Source: Octopus sinensis (lineage: Eukaryota). From it: a stretch of 64,000 nt of DNA. Shown here in pieces: positions 39,258 to 53,532 of the stretch; within the stretch, counting starts at the first letter, position 1; each line of letters opens with the position of its first letter. Location of the stretch: the NCBI RefSeq assembly GCF_006345805.1, contig NC_043020.1:4154001-4218000 (forward strand), given 5' to 3'. Made by a program: the position numbers and the translations under genes. The notes under the pieces were generated by a model that saw only the letters and a list, made by a program, of their open reading frames with translations, had not been told where the DNA came from and searched no databases.

Positions 39258-39780
39258 GTCCATCATCATCATCGTTTAACGTCCGTTTTTCATGCTAGCA
39301 TGGGTTGGATGGTTTGACTGGGGTCTGGGAAGCCAGGAGGCTGCACCAGGCTCCAGTCTTATCTGGCAGTGTTTCTACAGCTGGATGCCCTTCCTAACGC
39401 CAACCACTCCATGAGTGTAGTGGGTGCTTTTTATGTGCCAGGCCAGGCTGGCAACGACCGCAATTGGTTGGTGCTTTTACGTGCCACCGGCACGGAGGCC
39501 AGTCGAGGTGGCGCTGGCAACAGCCACGTTCGGATGGTTCTTTATTACGTGCCACTGGCACTGGTATCACAACTACAATTTCCATTGATTTTTTGATCGA
39601 TTTCACTTGCCTTACCAAGTCTTCGCAAGCAGAGTTTTGTGTCCCAAGAAGGAAAGGTATGCATAAGTGGAATGGCTACATCCCAGGTAAAGGTCACGGG
39701 TTATGGTCTCACTTGTCCTGCCAGGTCTTTTCATGCACAGCATATTTCCAAAGGTCTCGGTCATTTAATTTTTTCTATGC
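39258..39780 (-). mobile_element. Family-A repeat with longer upstream (LINE-like) portion
   Basis: Reverse-complement family-A core extending into further repeat-like sequence. Confidence 0.8.
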
Positions 39781-40546
39781 TCATTTTCCAACTGATTGAT
39801 TGATTAATTAATTCATTCAGTTGATTAACTCGTTAACATTTTAGTTGGCCAAAATATTCTCCCTTGTTTTCTGTTCAAACCAGCCAGATCTGGCCTCTCA
39901 CACCTGCCATACAATGTCATTCTAAAATATGTAATAACATTATTGAAATCAAGATAAAACATAATTACTTGAAAACAGTGTGAATAAATAAGCACTACCT
40001 TTGACAGTTATCATCATCATCAAACATCTTCCTTCCATGGTGGGCATGGTTGGACAGTTTGACAAGAGGTGTTGGATGTGGTTTGATTTGTCAACAACCG
40101 AGGTCTTAGGAATTGCATTGTTAGGAATATTTTATATAGAAATATGGTATCAGAGTTCAAATTCAACCTGGCACTATATACACGTCCACAAATAAACCAT
40201 TACCTGATGATCAAAGATGAAATTATAAATGTAAATGTTGCAGATGCTGATGGTTCTAATGATGAGGTCAATACTATAGGAATATTGCAATCTTATTAAC
40301 GGACGTAATTAGTTTAGACATAAAGGTTTAAACTTCTAATAATACCTGGTATTGTATTTCTAGTTTATATATATATATATATATTATATTATATTTTGTG
40401 AAATTTGATTTAGTATTTCTAAATTGAATTTTTCCCTGTAAGTTAGGAATAATATTCCTAACTTAAGTTAGGAATAATATATATATAAACTTACAGATAT
40501 ATATATATATATATATGTAAGTTAGGAATATATATTATATATATAT

Positions 40547-40576
<30 letters not shown>

Positions 40577-40577
<1 letters not shown>

Positions 40578-40842
40578 TGCCAGCCTCGTCTGGCACCTGT
40601 GTCGGTGGCACATAAAAAACACCATCCGAGCGTGGCCGTCTGCCAGCCTCGTCTGGCACCTGTGTCGGTGGCACATAAAATTACCCACTACACTCTCGGA
40701 GTGGTTGGCGTTAGGAAGGGCATCCAGCTGTAGAAACACTGCCAGATCTGACTGGCCTGGTGCAGCCTTCGGGCTTGCCAGACCCCAGTTGAACCGTCCA
40801 ACCCATGCTAGCATGGAAAGCGGACGTTAAATGATGATGATA
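40577..40842 (+). mobile_element. Family-A repeat with duplicated 5' module
   Basis: GCCAGCCTCGTCTGGCACCTGTGTCGGTGGCACATAAAA occurs twice, then the core. Confidence 0.85.
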
Positions 40843-41113
40843 TAGATAGATAGATAGATATGCATGCATGTGTATGTGTGTATATATGTGTATATATGTG
40901 TGTGTGAATGTTTTTTATAAACAAACTTAGAAGCATCAAGCAGGTTGATATTTTACAGAGAATGAAGTAAATTTCTAGAGAGGGATAGCTGTGCAAACAG
41001 CCTAGAAAATTTGCTAGACACCTTCTATCTTCTAGGAGTATTTACCCAATTTTCTTGGGTGTTTTTATAGCTGTCCTGCATTTGAAATTTACTTTTTATG
41101 TAAAATATTTATA

Positions 41114-41492
41114 GGCGCAGGAGTGGCTGTGTGGTAAGTACCTTGCTTAGCAATAACATGGTTCTGAGTTCAGTCCCACTACGTGGCCCTTTGGGCAAGT
41201 GTTTTCTACTATAAGCCTTGGGCCAATCAAAGCCTTGTGAGTGGATTTGGTAAATGGAAACTGAAAGAAGCCCTTTTATATACATATATACATGTATATG
41301 TGTGTCTGTGTTTGTCCCCCTCAACATCACTTGACAACTGCTGCTGATGTGTTTACATCTCCGTAACTTGGTGGTTTGGTAAAAGAGACCGATAGAATAA
41401 GTACTAGGCTTATAAAGAATCAGTCCTGGGGTCGATTTGCTTGACTAAAGGTGGTGCTCCTGCATGGCCACAGTCAAATGACTGAAGTAAAA
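41114..41492 (+). mobile_element. Family-B SINE
   Basis: GGCGCAGGAGTGGCTGTGTGGTAAG head and full body. Confidence 0.9.
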
Positions 41493-41724
41493 GAATATAC
41501 ACATGCGCACACACACACGGATGTATGTATGAATGTGTGAATCGATATACTTAGTGAGATGCTGGCATGACTGGATGCAGCTTTTGCTTAGTAATCACGG
41601 GATTCTGGTTCAACCCTGCTCTATGATGTCTTGGGCAAGTGTCTGTTATGATAGCCTTGGGTTCAACAATGTTATGTGAGTGGAAATGGTTGGTACTATA
41701 TGGAAGCAAACCTTATATATATAC

Positions 41725-41792
<68 letters not shown>

Positions 41793-41847
41793 ATCCCTCT
41801 CTCTCTTTCGGAGAGGCACAAGCACCTACACACACACATACACACAC

Positions 41848-42003
41848 GGCAGTAACTTCCGTCCACCGAATTCAATCGCAAAGCTTCGGTCGGCTCGGGG
41901 CTATAGCAGAAGACACCTACCCAAAGTGCCACGCAGTGGGACTGAACCTGAAACCATATAGCTAGGAAGCAAGCTCCCTAACCACACAGCCATGCCCGCG
42001 CCT
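41848..42003 (-). mobile_element. Family-B SINE 5' half, inverted relative to the 41114 copy
   Basis: Reverse complement of the head and left body. Confidence 0.85.
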
Positions 42004-42308
42004 AATATATATATATGACTGGATTGCCTGTGTTCAGTCTACTGCAGGATGAAGGTCTCAGCACGTTCTCTCCACCAACCATGGTCTGATGTGGAGGTCA
42101 AGAATTTGAGGTTAAGATCCTACTGGTTTGATGAACCTTTGCTATTACACTGGCTTGACATGTCTTGGCAGAAGGATGCTGTCTTTTTCCTTGTTCTCTT
42201 ACCCAGGAGTAGTTAAGTCGATTACTTTGACCCATCCTGAAGTCGACCTCAGCGGAATTTGAACTCTGATTAAGAAATGTTGATTTTACTTCTTTTTATT
42301 ATTCACAG

Positions 42309-42367
42309 TTGGTTCCAGAACATGTTGTGATGACACCTGAAGAGAAGTCTGAACTCTTGCAGCGATA
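42309..42367 (+). CDS. POLR2E: POLR2E exon 6 (LVPEHVVMTPEEKSELLQRY)
   Basis: CACAG acceptor; followed by the U12-type donor GTATCCTTT. Confidence 0.96.
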
Positions 42368-43466
42368 GTATCCTTTAGACTGTGACTGCTGCTGTTGTTG
42401 TTGTTTTTTCTGTTTAAGCACATCTCCCTGCATGTGTGTGTGTGTGTGTGTGTGTATATATACACTCACACATGCTGTTTTGCTCTCTCTCCCTCCTCTC
42501 CCCCTTTCTACTTCCCTTGTGTATTTCTTTTTGTTATCATCTCTTCACTTTTCTCTCTCCCTCCTTTCCCTTCTATTTAAACCTGTTCTGTGATGATGGT
42601 AAAAGACATACTTCTTTAAATATGTATGCTTACACACACACACACACACACACACTCTCCTTTCATTCAAATGCACCCTTCCCCTTCACACATGAACCTG
42701 CACTCACACACACCTTCCCCATCTTCATCCCCTTCTGAATCCTGGAATGGGTGGGATTCTGTGTTGTCACTCACCCTGCCAGAAATACTAGCTAAACGTC
42801 CCTCGTCTGTTATCACTAACCACTGTAGCCTAAACTGTGGACACAAGTATGTTATCAGAAGGCTCACCATACAACTGCAAGGTTCCTGGCGGCACCATTC
42901 CTAGTTTCGGTCGTCTTGGGGTGTGGCAGTATTGATCCCGTAAACGACAAGGTACTGGTGGTCACTGATTCAGATATAAAGAGAACTAAATCAGTATTGC
43001 AGCTTGACCTGTTAGAAACAGCAACCAAATTTCTTTAAAATTATATTCTACCATCTTGGAAAAAAGAAAGGACACATGAGGCAATGTGGTGAAATGTAAA
43101 AAGACTGGATAGCCATCGTCGGAATGTCATATAGATCTGCTCAGTGTGGGATTGTCTGGGGCCAGACAACAATAAGTAAGCAAGCAAAAGTTGGGATGGC
43201 CATGGTTGAGAGGCTTCTGATCATAGATCTGTTCAAGCAGAACTGACCTAGGGCTAAACAACAGCATGATGCTCTCTTTCTTCCTCTTCATTCCACTTAA
43301 GAACTTTGTTTTCTCCTTAATTACTCTGTTGAGGTCAACTTTGCCTTTCATCCCTTTCAGGGTTGGTAAAATAAATACTTGTCATGTACTCAGTGGCGGG
43401 GGGGACATAATCGACCCCCGTCCCCCCCAAAAAAACCTTTATTTTCTCCTTAATTCTTGTCACCAG
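42368..43466 (+). other. U12-type (minor spliceosome) GT-AG intron, POLR2E intron 6
   Basis: 5' splice site GTATCCTTT (42368-42376); branch site TCCTTAAT (43447-43454) just upstream of the AG. Confidence 0.92.
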
Positions 43467-43545
43467 TAAGTTAAAGGAATCACAATTGCCCCGTGTCCAA
43501 CAAGGAGACCCTGTTGCCAGGTATTTTGGACTGAAGAGAGGTCAG
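43467..43545 (+). CDS. POLR2E: POLR2E exon 7 ([26 protein letters not shown])
   Basis: CACCAG acceptor and CAG|GTAGGC donor; [12 protein letters not shown] motif. Confidence 0.97.
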
Positions 43546-43759
43546 GTAGGCAGCTTTGTTATCTTTTTTTCTTTTTTCTTTTTGACTTCTCTCATTCATC
43601 CACAACTTTTCTTTGGACTGTATGGCCTGTCCTAGCTCTGTGGGATGGAGCATAGCTCTGTGAAACGTTATTTCATCTGGCTGTGTGTGGTTTAGCAGTG
43701 TATGGCTGGACCCAGTTGTGTATGTATAGTGCATCACTTACTACAGAGAACCCCTTCTA

Positions 43760-44510
43760 TTAGGTTAGTGCATAATTATTGCAGCTTTTTTTCAACAAAT
43801 TTTATTCAACAAAAACATCTTTAAATGACGGTCAACTTTTTTTTCATAAAAATGCGTATCAAAAATCAGATCCACGTTCGTCATTTTCTGCTCTACCACT
43901 TTGAGAAAGGTTGGAATGCAACACAGTAATTTCACGATCTCAATGAAGGTTTTGGTGAAGGAACACTCAGCAAAAGCCAAGTTGAAAGATGGTTCAGGAA
44001 GATCAAATCGGGTGATACAAACCTTGCAGATGAAAAAGGAAGGGGTTGACCATCAAATTTCAACGATCAGGCATTTTTGGCAGCTTTGGTAGTGGACGAA
44101 AGCTTGACAAGAAGAATGTTGGCTGAAGACTTCAATGTGGACCATTCAACCCTATTGTCTTCCACCATAATACGTGTCCACATGTTGAGCGTTGTGTCGT
44201 TGAATCTATTGCCAATAAGGGCTGGGAACTGCTTCTTCTTCCGCCATATTCTCCCACAAGCGCATACGGACTATCACATTAATCGCTGACAAATTGGCTC
44301 ACAAACAAAGTTTCCAACAACTTGGATGACTTGGTGGCCACTGTCAAAGAATGGATTGCCTCTAAAAACAGTAACTTCTTCGCCCGTGGAATCAACCGTT
44401 TGCCAAGCAAATGGGAAGCAATAATTGAAGTAGATGGTGAATATGCTCTAGAATAATCATTTAAAAATGTTTTTGTTGAAAAAAGCTGCAAGAATTATGC
44501 ACCAACCCAA
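43760..44510 (+). mobile_element. Internally deleted mariner (Hsmar1/cecropia-like TIRs)
   Basis: TIRs TTAGGTTAGTGCATAATTATTGCAGC and, reverse-complemented, TTGGGTTGGTGCATAATTCTTGCAGC; left TA; transposase remnants LAEDFNVDHST and FFARGINRLPSKWEAIIEVDGEY. Confidence 0.9.
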
Positions 44511-45563
44511 CATTTAAATGAATTTCCCCAAAACCTCAAACTTTGGAAACTTCTCTATGCTTTAAACTAATTTAACTAACAACAATCATTTTGTCAGTTT
44601 CCTTTTTCAAATATTTAATGTTATGTTACTAATTGTATTTTACACTAATTATCTCCATCATCATTTAACGTCCGTGTTCCATGCTAGAATTATATTAAAT
44701 TAAATTATTCGATGTAACTGAGGAGGCAGTCTTTTGTAATTTTGAGCACAGAACATGTAACTCACTTTTTCTAGGCTTGGTGGGTTGAACTGCTGGAAGT
44801 GTTGACTCTGTGTGTAATATTGAGGTTGAAGTGGTAACAGCAACAGCAGTTCTACTCCACCATCTCTCATTAAACAACTGGCCTCTGGTTAAAATGATTT
44901 TTGTATACCCCCACCTCAATGCTTATATTTAAGAGTGTGTATACCTTTATATGTTTGTAATAAGTATAATTTAAATACGTGTATATTGTTATGCTTTGCT
45001 CTATACAATAAGTTTACATTTTATATACTTTCTGGTCTCAATATAAGTGGGAATTGAGTAACACACACACAACGTTTTATTGACTGAATCAGATGAATTC
45101 TTATCCTTTAAACAACGTTCTTTCCACAATTTCTGACAATGAATCTCTTGTACAAGATTTTCACCTGTCATACGATGTGTTATTTTGGGAATATGATGTT
45201 TGTTTTTGTCAGATTTCATGGTGTTTGTGAAAAATTATGAAATGCTAATTTTCAAAGCAATATTGGACTAAATGAATCCAATTTCTAATTTGTATAATTG
45301 CAATAATTATACGTTATCAATAATAATAATTAGTTAACCTAACAGTTAACACTTGTATTTCACAACCAACGGAGATAGCTTTAGTAAGATTGGAGTTATC
45401 TCCCTTCGTATGTTACGATTTATTAATATGGATTAACGAAAGAGGCCGGTTTCTATAAAGACACACACGCGCGTTTTGTATTTATTTTGTAAGATGTTTG
45501 GTGTGGAATTTTGTGTTGAACCATTTAATGTATAAATAAATATATATATATATATACACACAT

Positions 45564-45614
<51 letters not shown>

Positions 45615-45740
45615 TATATTATATATACATATATATATTTTATATATACATATATATATATATATATTATATACATATATATATACATATATATATATAC
45701 ATATATATATATTATATACATATATATATACATATATATA

Positions 45741-46243
45741 TCTATATATATAAAACTCTAGTTGTGTGAGTGTCTGTCCCCTTCGATCTAGATTCCTAAC
45801 TCCTCCCACATTTTGCGGTGCAGTTTAACCAAATTCGGGTATCTTATAGTCGTGATTCATATCGAGCCCGTCGACTATTAGCGCGCGTCAACGATGAGTC
45901 TATCTACGATTTAAATAATTTAACATCATTTTTATTCCATTTTATGCATAAAATGCATCGTGTGTCGATGGCGGCGGAGTTGGCGTCCACGCTCACAGCT
46001 GCACCTGTTTGCTTCTCCCCCTTCCCTCCCTCGTGAAGCTGTGGGGAGGGAGTGTAAAGAAATCAACGTCGTAATGCGATGTGAAGGAAACCAGCGTTCT
46101 TTTAGAACAACGACTTCATGGCTTGAAGACACCAAAACAAAAATGGCTAAGAAAGCCCGAATTTATAAGGGAAGTAACTCTCTAAAAATGCTTATATAGT
46201 TATTTCCCTTACAAACCCGAGCAACGCCGGGCGATACTGCTAG
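45741..46243 (+). mobile_element. Non-autonomous Helitron
   Basis: A|TC...CCCGAGCAACGCCGGG...CTAG|T; shares its 3' end with the 36276 copy. Confidence 0.85.
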
Positions 46244-46394
46244 TATACATATATATATATATACTTATATATATACATATATACATATACATATATACTA
46301 TACATATGTATATATACATATACATATATACGTATATATATACACATATATATACATATATACGTATATATATAATATATAATTATATATTACG

Positions 46395-46434
<40 letters not shown>

Positions 46435-46435
46435 G

Positions 46436-46466
<31 letters not shown>

Positions 46467-46535
46467 ATATATACGTATATATATATATATATATATATAT
46501 ATACGTATATATAATATATACGTATATATAGATAT

Positions 46536-46566
<31 letters not shown>

Positions 46567-49143
46567 TATACGTATATATATAATATATATATATATATCC
46601 GTATATATATATATATGTATATATTTATATATAATGTATATATATATATATATATACGTATCTATATATATAGTATATATATATATATATATATACGTAT
46701 ATATATATATATGTATGTATATATACTATATCTATTATACGTATATATATATCTGTATATATATATATATATATATATACGTATAATATATATATATATA
46801 TACGTATATACGTAATATATATAGATATATATATACGTATATATATATATATATATATATATATAACGTATATATATATCTATATATAATATACGTATAT
46901 ATATATATATTATATTATATTATATATATATATAGATATATATATATTATAGTAAGATATATATATAGTATATTATATACGATATATATATATATATATA
47001 TATATATAGTCATATATATTATATATATATATATATAATATATATATATATATTATGTATATATATATCTATATATATATACGTATATATATCTATATAG
47101 ATATATATATCGTATATATATATATATCTATATATTATATACGTATATACATATATATGTATATCTACGTATATCAATATATTTATATACGTATATACAT
47201 ATATATGTATATATACGTATTACATATATATGTATATATACTATTACATATATATGTATATATACGTATATACATATAGATGTATATATACGTATATACA
47301 TATATATGTTATATACGTATTACATATATATGTATATATACGTATATACATATATATGTATATATATACGTATATATACATATATATGTATATATACGTA
47401 TATACATATATATGTATATATACGTATATACATATATATGTATATATACGTATATACATATATATGTATATATACGTATATACATATATATGTATATATA
47501 CGTATATACATATATATGTATATATACGTATATACATATATATGTATATATACGTATATACATATATATGTATATATACGTATATATGTATATATACGTA
47601 TATACATATATATGTATATATACGTATATATGTATATATACGTATATACATATATATGTATATATACGTATATACATATATATGTATATATACGTATATA
47701 CATATATATGTATATATACGTATATACATATATATGTATATATACGTATATACATATATATGTATATATACGTATATACGTATATATATGTATATTACGT
47801 TATACATATATATGTATATAGCGTATATACGTATATATATGTATATATACGTATATACATATATATGTATATATACGTATATACGTATATATATGTATTA
47901 TACGTATATACTATATATATGTTATATATACGTTCTATACGTATATATATGTATATATACGTATATACGTATATATATGTATATACGTATATACGTATAT
48001 ATATGTATATATACGTATATACGTATATATATGTATATATACGTATATACGTATATATATGTATATATACGTATATACGTATATATATGTATATATACGT
48101 ATATACGTATATATATGTATATATACGTATATACGTATATATATGTATATATACGTATATACGTATATATATGTAATATACGTATATACGTATATATTGT
48201 ATATATACGTATATACATATATATGTATATATACGTATATATATGTATATATACGTATATACGTATATATATGTATATATACGTATATACGTATATATAT
48301 GTATATATACGTATATACGTATATATATGTATATATACGTATATACATATATATGTATATATATATACGTATATATATGTATATATACATATATACGTAT
48401 ATATATGTATATATACGTATATATGTGTATATATACATATATACGTATATATATGTATATATACATATATACGTATATATATGTATATATACATATGTAC
48501 GTATATATATATGTATATATACATATGTACGTATATATATATGTATATATACATATGTACGTATATATATATATGTATATATACATATGTACGTATATAT
48601 ATATATGTATATATACATATGTACGTATATATATATATGTATATATATATATGTATATATACATATGTACGTATATATATATATATGTATATATACATAT
48701 GTACGTATATATATATATATGTATATATACATATGTACGTATATATATATATGTATATATACATATGTACGTATATATATATGTATATATACATATGTAC
48801 GTATATATATATGTATATATACATATGTACGTATATATATATATGTATATATACATATGTACGTATATATATATATGTATATCTACATATGTACGTATAT
48901 ATATATATGTATATCTACATATGTACGTATATATATATATGTATATATGCATATGTACGTATATATATATGTATATATGCATATGTACGTATATATATAT
49001 GTATATATGCATATGTACGTATATATATGTATATATGCATATGTACGTATATATATGTATATATGCATATGTACGTATATATATATATGTATATATGCAT
49101 ATGTACGTATATATATATATATATGTATATATGCATATGTACG

Positions 49144-49174
<31 letters not shown>

Positions 49175-49720
49175 GTACGTATATATATATATATATGTAT
49201 ATATGCATATGTACGTACATATATATATATGTATATATATATATGTACGTACATATATATATATGTATATATATATATGTACGTACATATATATATATGT
49301 ATATATACGTATATATATATATGTACGTACATATATATATATGTATATATACGTATATATACATATATACGTATATATATATATGTATATATACGTATAT
49401 ATATATATGTATATATACATATATACGTTATATATGTATATATACATATATACGTATATATATATATGTATATATACGTATATAATATATGTATATATAC
49501 ATATATATTATATGTATTATACGTCTATATATATATGTTATATACGTATATATATAGTTATATATACGTAATATATATATATGATATATACGTATATTAA
49601 TATATGTATATATACGTATATATATATATTATATATACGTTATATATATAATGTATATATACATATATACGTATATATATGTATATATACGTATATATAC
49701 ATACGTATATATATGGACGC
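46244..49720. repeat. About 3.5-kb (AT)-based satellite with higher-order units
   Basis: e.g. 26-bp unit cgtatatacatatatatgtatatata at about 47340-47760, changing along the array. Confidence 0.95.
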
Positions 49721-50219
49721 TAAATGATGATGATGATGATATATATAGTAGTATGTTACGAAAAGAAAATATAAAATACACGTGGAAATGTACGGGTAAA
49801 ATATGAAAAATCAACGAAAATGCATATTGCTAATAGAAAAAGGCTATTTATGACAGGTAGGGACAAATATATACATTTAGATTGACTGAGGTAGTAATAC
49901 GAGTCATAAAGGTCATTATTATGAGATGATAATAAAGTAAGAGAACAAAACGAACCATATATATATACATATATATATATATACGCATATACATATATAT
50001 ATATACATATATATATATACACACATATATATATATATATATATACATAGATATATATATATATATATATAATATATATATATGCATATATATATACACA
50101 CACATATATATATAAGGAATTGAAATGACATGGTAACAAGAACTTTTGCAATGAACACTTCATTAGCTTGCAGATGTATGTAACCCTGGGGTTGGGAACT
50201 GCCCACCCCCACACACATA

Positions 50220-50360
50220 TACAGGGTGCGGTGGATATATTGTCGTCTAAATTTTGCAAAAATGAAAATAACACTGACATCCCCTTTTAACCGTTATATT
50301 TACCAAAATTACATAAAAAATACCCAGGGAGTGAATCTTGTTGTCAATAATTTGTCTTTG
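50220..50360 (+). mobile_element. Probable Tc1/mariner terminus
   Basis: TA|CAGGGTG followed by ATTGTCG, similar to the 10901 terminus. Confidence 0.45.
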
Positions 50361-51596
50361 TTGAATTGTGTTGTGAATATTTTTCAAATTTCAAGCTTCA
50401 ACTCCCAGGTTATGTCAATTGATGAACCAGACACAAATACTGCTGGGGCTTGCACTTTCTCTGTCTCTTTGTGGCCCAGGCGACTTTTCACTTCTTTTTT
50501 CATGAGGTCTGCTTTGGTTATCCAAAGGTTTACCCTCTTCTCCTCTCCAGTGGTTTGTCTGGGTCAGAACAATGTACTGGTGGTGGGTGGGAAAGAATAG
50601 TTTTATAGAAAGGCTTCGTATAGACCTTGTAGTTCTTCTACCATTATTGGTCGGTCAAATGTGTTGACCAAACACTTTATTGTTGTTGAGTCCAGGATTA
50701 GTCTTAATCAGTCTTTCCAAACCTAATGTATGTTTATAGGGAGATGTGTGTGTGTGTGTATACCTCATAGAGATATCACCATCAAATCTGTGCTATCTTT
50801 TAAATTTGTTTACGGTAACATTAGGGGTTATGCAAATAAAGCCCCTATTTCATTATGCCAGTTACCGTCTAATGATACTGACTAGGGAGTCAGATTTTCA
50901 GGGCTGCATCGTGGTTACACTGATATAATGTAGGTTAAATATAATAGTAATAATAATAATAATAAATACCCTGATGCAGTTCGAGGCAGTGGCTCTCATG
51001 ACTTCTGATCTTAACTGATTGGAAGTGTTATCATGTACATTGTTTTGTCTTGGTATAAAAGATGGGCTACAGCAAATATTCTGCTCAATACCACAGATAT
51101 GCTTGTCAGTTGTTTCACCTTAACCAGTTGACCTTGTCCCTTAGTGGCTGACAATATGTGCATCTCTGACTACAAGCAGAAGTATATATACATATATATG
51201 CATGCCATCAAAGTGACACTGGGGTAAAATATACGAAGCCCAGTATACCAATCATGACTACCCATCTGATAAGGATACACCAGGTACATGCATCACAACC
51301 ATGAGTGCACGACATGGTGATCTCATATCAAGATAAACAGTGCATGACCTTGCAGGTGGGGCCCAGTTAGAATTTTCTTCTGGTTGAGTAACCTATCCCT
51401 CTCAAAAGGTCTTTGAATAAGGGTTGTTTAAGGACGTTGAACGAAACACCCATGTTTCCAGAGGTGAATTATTCAAACCCCAAAGAATCCCTCTCAACAC
51501 ATGGCTATGGTGCTCCCCCACTACTTCTGCTTGTGATCAGAGATGCACATATCATATTTCTTTATTGTCTACAAGGGGCTAAACATAGAGGGGACA

Positions 51597-51741
51597 ACTG
51601 GTACTTTATTTATCAACCCCCCCCCCCCCCGAAAGGATGAAAGGCAAAGTTGACCTCGGCAGAATTTGAACTCTGAATGTAACGACAGACGAAATACTGC
51701 TAAGCATTTCGCTCGGCGCGCTAACATGTCTGCCAGCTCGA
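51597..51741 (-). mobile_element. Family-C SINE
   Basis: GAAAGGATGAAAGGCAAAGTTGACCTCGGCAGAATTTGAACTC. Confidence 0.85.
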
Positions 51742-53497
51742 CATATATATATATATATAATATATATATATATGTATATGTATACACACACACACACACA
51801 CAACAAACACAGTTGTTCATTTTTAAATAGAACAAATATTGTTGTTGTTGTAATTACTTACCCCCAGATATCAGCTATAATCTAACAGATCCAAAGATCA
51901 AAGAGAGAGACATTCCAGCAAAGACCATCCTGACTATTGAAGGCAGTAAGAATTTGGTTGCTATTTCTGAATGATTGAGTAGTCATGTAGAAGCTTCATT
52001 ATCTGTTGTTATTGTTGGTGGTGGTGATAAAGAGGTTGAAAGATGAGGATCAGTTTGTTCACCTTTTAGAGGTTCTTCGGGGGGGGGCCAGAGACGAGGA
52101 AGGGGCAGCTGTCATTGTATCAACAATCCATTGTTGTGTAAATTAAAGCTAGGGTCTATAGACCTGGCATTGACATGTAGGGGGAGGCAGTTGACTTTGC
52201 TGTACACTGCCAAGTGGCTCCATCTGGTGAAGGCTGTTGTTGTCTGCTGTCCATTCACAACCTTCTTTCCTCCTCTTCCTCACCTTTCTTTTACCTGTGG
52301 TTGGAGTTAAGTATTGCTGTCACCTTTTCATTAGTGGTGATGATGATGATGGTGGTTGGTGTGTTCCTTCTGTTTCCATTTAATCAGACAACACACACAC
52401 ACATTACTGCCACCATCAGCACCACCACATCTCTCCTTACCTGGGTAGTGTGAAGGTTGGGTTCAGTAACCCTAATCGTACCCCATTGTCAACCCCATTT
52501 TTCATGATCCCAGCTGTTGTCAGCCCCCCAACCACTCCTCCCCATCCATCATTTTACCAGTCTGGAAGGTAGACAAGTGGATGGTGGCAGGGCAGGGGTG
52601 TTAAGAAACTAGGTTGGACATTCTTAAAAGTGGAAGAAGAGATCATCATCACTTTCCCTGAGGCCTATCTGCTCAGACACCATCAACCCTTAACTTAATC
52701 TTTCAGGCACAACCAAAAAAGAGAGGCTGGCTTCTGTGGACCCATTGGCAGAATTGTTTCATTCTTTGCATTCTGAGTTCAACTCTTGCTCATGTTTGCT
52801 TTTTCATTCTTCAAGAATCAATAAAGAAACTAGTTTTCAGTGGATGAACATCAGTTGTGATGCCTTGGTATATGTGCTCCAGGCCTTCTGAGTTCAAATC
52901 CCACCATGGCCTACCTGGATGGCACACTTGTAATCTAGTTTAACACTGCCAACTGACACTCTGGGTATCTTTAGTAGGGTCCATTCTGTTGTAAGCATTG
53001 AGGCCAGGTTCACCCCCCCCCCACATACATCACCACACTTGAAGGCCCTGAAGATCATCATAGGACTCATCATCATCAGCATCTCCTTTTCCTTGTTTGC
53101 ATGGGACAGAATGAATTCCTTGAGGCAGATTTTCTACAACTGGGTGCCCCTCCTGTCACCAACCTTCACCTCTTTCCAAAAAAGGTCATATTCCTCCATG
53201 GCCAGACATGTTTCTCATGCAAGATTGGAAATGAAGGCCACCACATGTATAACAATGGCACTCTCTCACAACTATCATTTGCTGTCAAGGCAAGGCTATG
53301 CCCGAACTCAAACACATGCATACACACACACACACATACATACATACATGGATGCAAATTTTCAAACCTAATACTTTTTGAATCTTGGCCTGAATTACAA
53401 CATGGAGGTCCTGAACGTTTTCTGCATGTCTGTCCCTTGTAATTTAGACTGTAATGAGACAAGTGTAACATAGAATTGAACATAACCCAATCTTTAT

Positions 53498-53532
<35 letters not shown>

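Noticed and set aside
40439-40465. 13-bp-arm palindrome TAAGTTAGGAATA-A-TATTCCTAACTTA
   Set aside because: AT-rich and embedded in simple repeats; most likely a slippage or template-switch product
47055-49600. ORFs up to 751 aa
   Set aside because: Same artefact, from the AT satellite
52030-52300. Coding-like stretch in POLR2E intron 7 (KRKVRKRRKEG...)
   Set aside because: Stops in every frame and no recognisable homology; cannot be linked to the candidate nested exon
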